Positions 59,314 to 64,000 of a stretch of DNA of 64,000 bases are shown here, one piece after another. Source of the stretch: an uncultured candidatus Porisulfidus sp. (GTDB lineage Bacteria > Pseudomonadota > Gammaproteobacteria > Poriferisulfidales > Poriferisulfidaceae); assembly GCA_965204575.1 (NCBI GenBank), contig OZ241993.1:32001-96000 (forward strand). Reading direction: 5' to 3'. Both the position numbers and the translations under genes were made by a program. The notes beneath the pieces were generated by a model, which had not been told where the DNA came from, did no database searches, and saw only the letters and a list, made by a program, of their open reading frames with translations. Positions within the stretch are counted from its first letter, which is position 1. Each line of letters opens with the position of its first letter.

Positions 59314-60516
59314 GTGCGGACATTGCGGAAGCAGATTCCAAAAAGCATGTTCGCGGCTTTTGTGGCGGCGACACTGGCCGGTGTGGCTCTCGCCCAAGAC
59401 CACCAAGAATCATCCGCCGCGCCCGGAGTGTTCGAGGATCGCATCCTGTTCGGGCAGTCCGCTGCCTTCGAAGGTCCGGCTCAGGAACTCGGCCGGAGCA
59501 TGCAGGCCGGCGTTCTGGCTGCATTCAAGGAAATCAATGACCAGGGGGGCGTTCATGGGCGCCGCCTCGAACTGAGATCCCTGAATGATTCCTATGAACC
59601 GGACAAGGCCATTGCCAACACCCGACAGTTAATCGAGGAAGGCGTCTTCGCGCTGATCGGCGCAGTCGGCACCCCGACTTCCAAAGCCGTGGTGCCGGTC
59701 ACCGAAGAGAACCCCATTCCCTACCTGGCTCCGATGACCGGCGCAGAATTCTTGCGGGACAACGCGCACCATACCGTCATCAACCTTCGAGCCTCGTACT
59801 ACCAAGAAACCGAAGAAATGGTCAAACGATTGACGGTTGACCGGAAAATCAAGCGCATCGCCATTCTGTACCAGGACGATTCATTTGGCCGCGCCGGCTT
59901 GCGGGGGGTCCTTCGCGCCCTTGAGAAACGCAAGCTTTTCGCTATCGGCACGGGAGTGTTTTCCCGAAACACCGTTGCAGTCAAGACGGCGCTTCTGGAT
60001 TTGAAGGCGGTCGAACCGGAAGCCGTCATCATCATTGGCCCGTACCAGCCGACTGCGACGTTCATCAAATGGGCGCACCGCTTCGGCATGGAGTCCGCCG
60101 TTTTTATGACACTTTCCTTTGTCGGCAGCAACGCCTTGGCGAAGGAGTTAGGCGCCGATGGGGACGGAGTCCTCGTCACGCAAGTCGTTCCCTTCCCGAC
60201 AGGTGACACAGTGCCGGTTTCCGCGTTATACCGTGCCGCGCTGAAAACCTACGACCCCTCGATAACCCCCGGGTTCATCTCGTTCGAGGGCTACCTGGCT
60301 GGCCGCCTCGCCATTCATGCCCTGCAACAATGCGGTGAAAAGGTGGACCGGGACTGTATTCATTCCGCGCTGCGGAGCGGCAGCGACATTGATCTGGATG
60401 GATTCATCCTGCGGTTCGGCAAGTACGACAACCAGGGTTCGGATCGCGTATTCCTGACGGCTATCGGCCCTGATGGCCAATACATGCCGCTCACCACTTT
60501 GCCCTCTCGGCAATAG
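59314..60516 (+). CDS. Periplasmic binding protein, branched-chain amino acid (type I PBP) family
   Basis: GQSAAFEGP, INDQGGVHGRRLEL, DSYEP, IGAVGTPT, YQDDSFG. Confidence 0.88.
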   Translation: MRTLRKQIPKSMFAAFVAATLAGVALAQDHQESSAAPGVFEDRILFGQSAAFEGPAQELGRSMQAGVLAAFKEINDQGGVHGRRLELRSLNDSYEPDKAIANTRQLIEEGVFALIGAVGTPTSKAVVPVTEENPIPYLAPMTGAEFLRDNAHHTVINLRASYYQETEEMVKRLTVDRKIKRIAILYQDDSFGRAGLRGVLRALEKRKLFAIGTGVFSRNTVAVKTALLDLKAVEPEAVIIIGPYQPTATFIKWAHRFGMESAVFMTLSFVGSNALAKELGADGDGVLVTQVVPFPTGDTVPVSALYRAALKTYDPSITPGFISFEGYLAGRLAIHALQQCGEKVDRDCIHSALRSGSDIDLDGFILRFGKYDNQGSDRVFLTAIGPDGQYMPLTTLPSRQ

Positions 60517-60530
60517 AAAGGAAATTACCC

Positions 60531-62786
60531 GTGTTCGGCAAATTCCCCAGAATCTGGAACCAGATCTCGACGCAGCTCCACACTAGTTTTGGGGGCGCCG
60601 TGGCGCTGATTGTCGCCATCAGCCTTCTCACCATATTCGTGCTTGACCATATCAAGACCCTCCAGTACAACATCAGCGAGCAAAGCATGCCGGACATGCA
60701 GGCCGCATTCTCCGTTGCACAACAAACGTCTACGCTCGTCGCAGCTGCCCCCCAACTTTCGACCGCAGCTACGCTGGAGCAATTCGAAGAAGTTGTCGTA
60801 TCGGTAAACAGGCAGGAAAAGGCTTTCGAGGCTCGACTATCGGCCATGCTGGCTAGGCAAGAAGGCGGCGAGCATATACAGAAAATCCAGGAAGACGGGG
60901 AGGACATCATCGAGGACATCGAGCGCATCAAAGTGCTCGTCCAGGAACGGTTCGACCTCCGTCAGCGCAGTTATCTTCTCAAGGAGGAGCTCCGCTCGGT
61001 GCATGATGAGTTGATGACGGTTTTGATCAGCGAAATCGACAACCAGATGTTCTACACGATCACGGGCTACTGGTCCCTTGACGGCGCTCAATCGCCACGC
61101 CCGGACCATTTCTCCGAAGAAGAATTCCTGACTTACCGCCGTCTGGTCGAACTTCGTGAAGCAGCAACTGTGACCACCCAGTTGCTGGCGACAGCATTTA
61201 CAGTTGGCGACGCTGCCCTACTGCAACCGCTGCGCGAGGAATTCAACGCGACGACCGGACTTGCCAACCGATCCCTTGAGTATCTCGAAGGCCGTCCGAT
61301 ACATGAGGATTTGTCCCGAGCCTTCTCGAATCTTTTTTCAATCGGCCGTCGGCAAGACAACGGCTTTGATCTGCATGGCCAAGAACTCGCCGTCGAGGCG
61401 GAATTGTCCTTCCGGCTCCAACACAGCCAAACCTTGGGAGCAGAGATCGTGTGGCTGGTGGAGGAGATCGTTGGCCAGTACAGTCTGGCTGCGCTGCAGA
61501 TGACAGCGGAAGCCGCCGAGGTCACCAAGACGAGCTCAACGCTGTTGCTCATCATCAACATTATCAGCATCACCGGCGCGGTTCTGATTGGATGGCTTTT
61601 CGTGGAACGGCGCCTGATCCGGCGCTTGGGCATTGTCTCCCAGCAAATACAGCGCATCGCCGGTGGCAACCTGGAAATTCCCATCGAAGTGTCCGGCAAT
61701 GATGAGATTGGAGAACTGGCCAAGGCGCTCGAGGTGTTCCGGCAAAACGCACTGGAGGTGCAACGCCTCAGCCTCGTCGAGCAACTTGCCGACGAGCTGA
61801 AAGAAATGTATCAGGATTTGGAGCAGTCGAACGAAAAACTGAAGAGTGCGCAAGATCAGATCGTGATGCAGGAAAAACTCGCCGCTCTAGGCCAACTGAC
61901 GGCGGGAGTCGCACACGAAATCAAGAACCCCATGAATTTCATCATGAACTTCGCCCAAGTCTCGAAAGACCTGCTGGAAGAACTGTTGGAAGAAGTGGCC
62001 AAAACCAAGCCGGACGCAGAAGCCGAAGAAGAATACGACCCGGAACTGGTTGACGAAATCGCTGGAGACCTGACCGGGAACCTGGAACGCATCCACGAAC
62101 ACGGCACCCGCGCCAACCGGATCGTGATGGACATGCTCAAGATGGGTCGGCACGACTCTGGAGACTGGCAGCCGGCCGATATGGGCGTACTGCTGAACCA
62201 GCATGCCATGCTCGCGTTCCACAGCGCCCGCGCGACCGATCCTGACTTCCAGCTCGACATCCAAGAAGACTACGTGCCGGATGTCGACAAGATCATGGTG
62301 AAGCCTCAAGATCTCGGCCGGGTATTCTTGAACTTGGTCACCAATGCGTGCTACGCAACGGACGAAAAGCGGAAGGCCTTGATGGCAGAGAGTGGCAATG
62401 GCGCGACAACGTATCAGCCGACACTCAACTTAAGCACACAGTTGGCGGGAGAATTCCTTGAAGTGCATGTCCGCGACAATGGAAACGGCATCCCTGAATC
62501 CGCCTTGGAACAGATCTTCAACCCGTTCTTCACGACGAAACCACCGGACAAAGGTACGGGCCTTGGACTGTCACTGTCCAGCGACATTGTCCGAGAACAC
62601 GGCGGCGAATTCCGCGTGGATACGAAAGAGGGCGAATACACCGATATGATCGTCTCCCTGCCACTCAAAACCCCAGAAGAGTTGATGGCCGCTCCAGAGA
62701 AAAACGAAGAGGACAGCGCCCCAGATGCACCGGCGCCGGACACGCCGGAAGACTCGGCGGACACTCAGGATGGGGAAACTGCTTAG
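60531..62786 (+). CDS. Membrane sensor histidine kinase (large helical periplasmic domain, HAMP, HisKA, HATPase)
   Basis: Two transmembrane segments, [57 protein letters not shown]. Confidence 0.93.
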   Translation: MFGKFPRIWNQISTQLHTSFGGAVALIVAISLLTIFVLDHIKTLQYNISEQSMPDMQAAFSVAQQTSTLVAAAPQLSTAATLEQFEEVVVSVNRQEKAFEARLSAMLARQEGGEHIQKIQEDGEDIIEDIERIKVLVQERFDLRQRSYLLKEELRSVHDELMTVLISEIDNQMFYTITGYWSLDGAQSPRPDHFSEEEFLTYRRLVELREAATVTTQLLATAFTVGDAALLQPLREEFNATTGLANRSLEYLEGRPIHEDLSRAFSNLFSIGRRQDNGFDLHGQELAVEAELSFRLQHSQTLGAEIVWLVEEIVGQYSLAALQMTAEAAEVTKTSSTLLLIINIISITGAVLIGWLFVERRLIRRLGIVSQQIQRIAGGNLEIPIEVSGNDEIGELAKALEVFRQNALEVQRLSLVEQLADELKEMYQDLEQSNEKLKSAQDQIVMQEKLAALGQLTAGVAHEIKNPMNFIMNFAQVSKDLLEELLEEVAKTKPDAEAEEEYDPELVDEIAGDLTGNLERIHEHGTRANRIVMDMLKMGRHDSGDWQPADMGVLLNQHAMLAFHSARATDPDFQLDIQEDYVPDVDKIMVKPQDLGRVFLNLVTNACYATDEKRKALMAESGNGATTYQPTLNLSTQLAGEFLEVHVRDNGNGIPESALEQIFNPFFTTKPPDKGTGLGLSLSSDIVREHGGEFRVDTKEGEYTDMIVSLPLKTPEELMAAPEKNEEDSAPDAPAPDTPEDSADTQDGETA

Positions 62787-62795
62787 AAAGGCACC

Positions 62796-63152
62796 TCAGC
62801 AGGTCACTGCGGAGACTGCCTCTGAAGGGGATTCGTAGACATCGATGACTTTATCTAAACCCGCCGTCTTGACCATAGAGCCAACGGCTTCCGTCAAAGA
62901 ACATATCGCGAATTTCTTGCCCTTGGCGTGGAGTATCTTCGCAGTCACCAGAATTGCACGCAATCCGGCGCTACTGATATAAGCCAAGGTTGCTAGATCC
63001 AAGATGACGGCATCGCCCCCGTAAGTCCTGACCTTTTCATTCAGCCCGGCTTGAAACTCTTCTGCATTCAGACCGTCGATATGACCCGCCACATCCACCA
63101 TGAGTGCGCTTTCAGTCTCGCGAATCTGAAATCCGAACTGATGATCAGAAAT
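62796..63152 (-). CDS. STAS anti-anti-sigma factor 1
   Basis: GHIDGLNA, LDLATLAYISSAGLRAIL. Start uncertain (ATT 63152 or GTG 63194). Confidence 0.9.
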   Translation of the reverse strand: MSDHQFGFQIRETESALMVDVAGHIDGLNAEEFQAGLNEKVRTYGGDAVILDLATLAYISSAGLRAILVTAKILHAKGKKFAICSLTEAVGSMVKTAGLDKVIDVYESPSEAVSAVTC

Positions 63153-63257
63153 GGTTCTTCTCCCTAAAACAATTCCTTCCGAATCATAGCACACGGCAAC
63201 CGCAAACGCGGAAGAAATTGCCGCCTAAATGTGGAACGAGAATACGCGGCACGGCAC

Positions 63258-63620
63258 TCACTGTGTCACCGCTTCAATAGCCGAGGAACGGGACATGTAG
63301 ACATCGATAATGTTGTCAAAGCCTGTCGTCTGGATGATTTCCAGGATCGTGCCCGGCAAAGAGCAGAGTGCCAGTTTTTTACCCCGACGATTCATCGCCT
63401 CGGCAACCAGAAGAATCGCGCGCAGTCCTGCACTGCTGATGTAGGACAGGTCCTCAAAATCCAGGATGATGGCAGGACCGCCGTAGCTTCGCGTTGTTTG
63501 CTCCAAGCCGCTTCGAAACTCACGCGTATTCATGCCGTCCACGCGGCCCACGATATTGATCACGAGCGTGTTCTCAAGCTCTTCGGTCTGCAAATCGAAT
63601 TGGGTCTCTGAATCTGTCAT
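63258..63620 (-). CDS. STAS anti-anti-sigma factor 2
   Basis: GRVDGMN, LDFEDLSYISSAGLRAIL, TGFD. Confidence 0.92.
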   Translation of the reverse strand: MTDSETQFDLQTEELENTLVINIVGRVDGMNTREFRSGLEQTTRSYGGPAIILDFEDLSYISSAGLRAILLVAEAMNRRGKKLALCSLPGTILEIIQTTGFDNIIDVYMSRSSAIEAVTQ

Positions 63621-63707
63621 GTTTCGGTGCCGGGTGGTTTCATAAGCAGACCTGAAATCCCCGTCCAGCCCCAGCGACCAGTCGGCAAAAAAGATTCCTG
63701 GGTTTAT

Positions 63708-64000
63708 TCAACCGGTCGTCGCCGTGACCGCCACGGAGCGAGACTCATGTATGTCGATAATCTTGTCAAAACCGGTAATCTGAATGATCTCCATAATGGG
63801 ATCGGGCAACGCACACATGGCAAACTTTATTTGTTTGCTCTTGAGCGTCTTGGCGATAAGCAAAATCGAGCGCAACCCGGCACTACTGATGTAGGACAGG
63901 TTCTCGAGATCCAAAACAATGGCTTGACTGTCGCTAGAACTCTCGGCCTTCTGATCCAGATTTTCCTGGAAATCTTGTGCGTTTACGCCGTCGATGCGGC
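63708..64000 (-). CDS. STAS anti-anti-sigma factor 3 (5' end beyond window)
   Basis: RIDGVNAQDFQ.. at the window edge; LDLENLSYISSAGLRSIL, TGFD. Confidence 0.92.
   Translation of the reverse strand, partial: RIDGVNAQDFQENLDQKAESSSDSQAIVLDLENLSYISSAGLRSILLIAKTLKSKQIKFAMCALPDPIMEIIQITGFDKIIDIHESRSVAVTATTG

Overview
A GC-rich gammaproteobacterial chromosome segment from a sulfur oxidiser. The core content is ppk1-ppx, ilvD, a complete reverse-type dsrABEFHCMKLJOPN operon preceded by a divergent Cys-less DsrC paralogue, and a soxXYZAKB cluster with no soxCD in the window. It also holds tRNA-Val(CAC), tRNA-Arg(CCT), rpe, trpEGDC, bioA, rpoH, an M16 peptidase pair-rsmD-coaD-ggt block, and a partner-switching signalling locus with three tandem STAS genes. 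Many toxin-antitoxin pairs, orphan antitoxins and gene relics are wedged between the core genes. Two features stand out. (1) A transposase-less 1.3-kb element encodes an intact TnpB but is bounded by 29-bp terminal inverted repeats and an imperfect 8-bp target duplication, an architecture typical of DDE-type IS rather than IS200/IS605/IS607; it sits between soxX and soxY. (2) Two paralogous giant porin genes have near-identical barrel-coding DNA, hypervariable loops and defective 5' ends; one is split by an ISL3 and the other is frameshifted, and a third, orphan copy of their 3' terminator repeat lies between them, suggestive of a silent-cassette surface-variation system. All calls come from reading the sequence and ORF track by eye; no searches were run.
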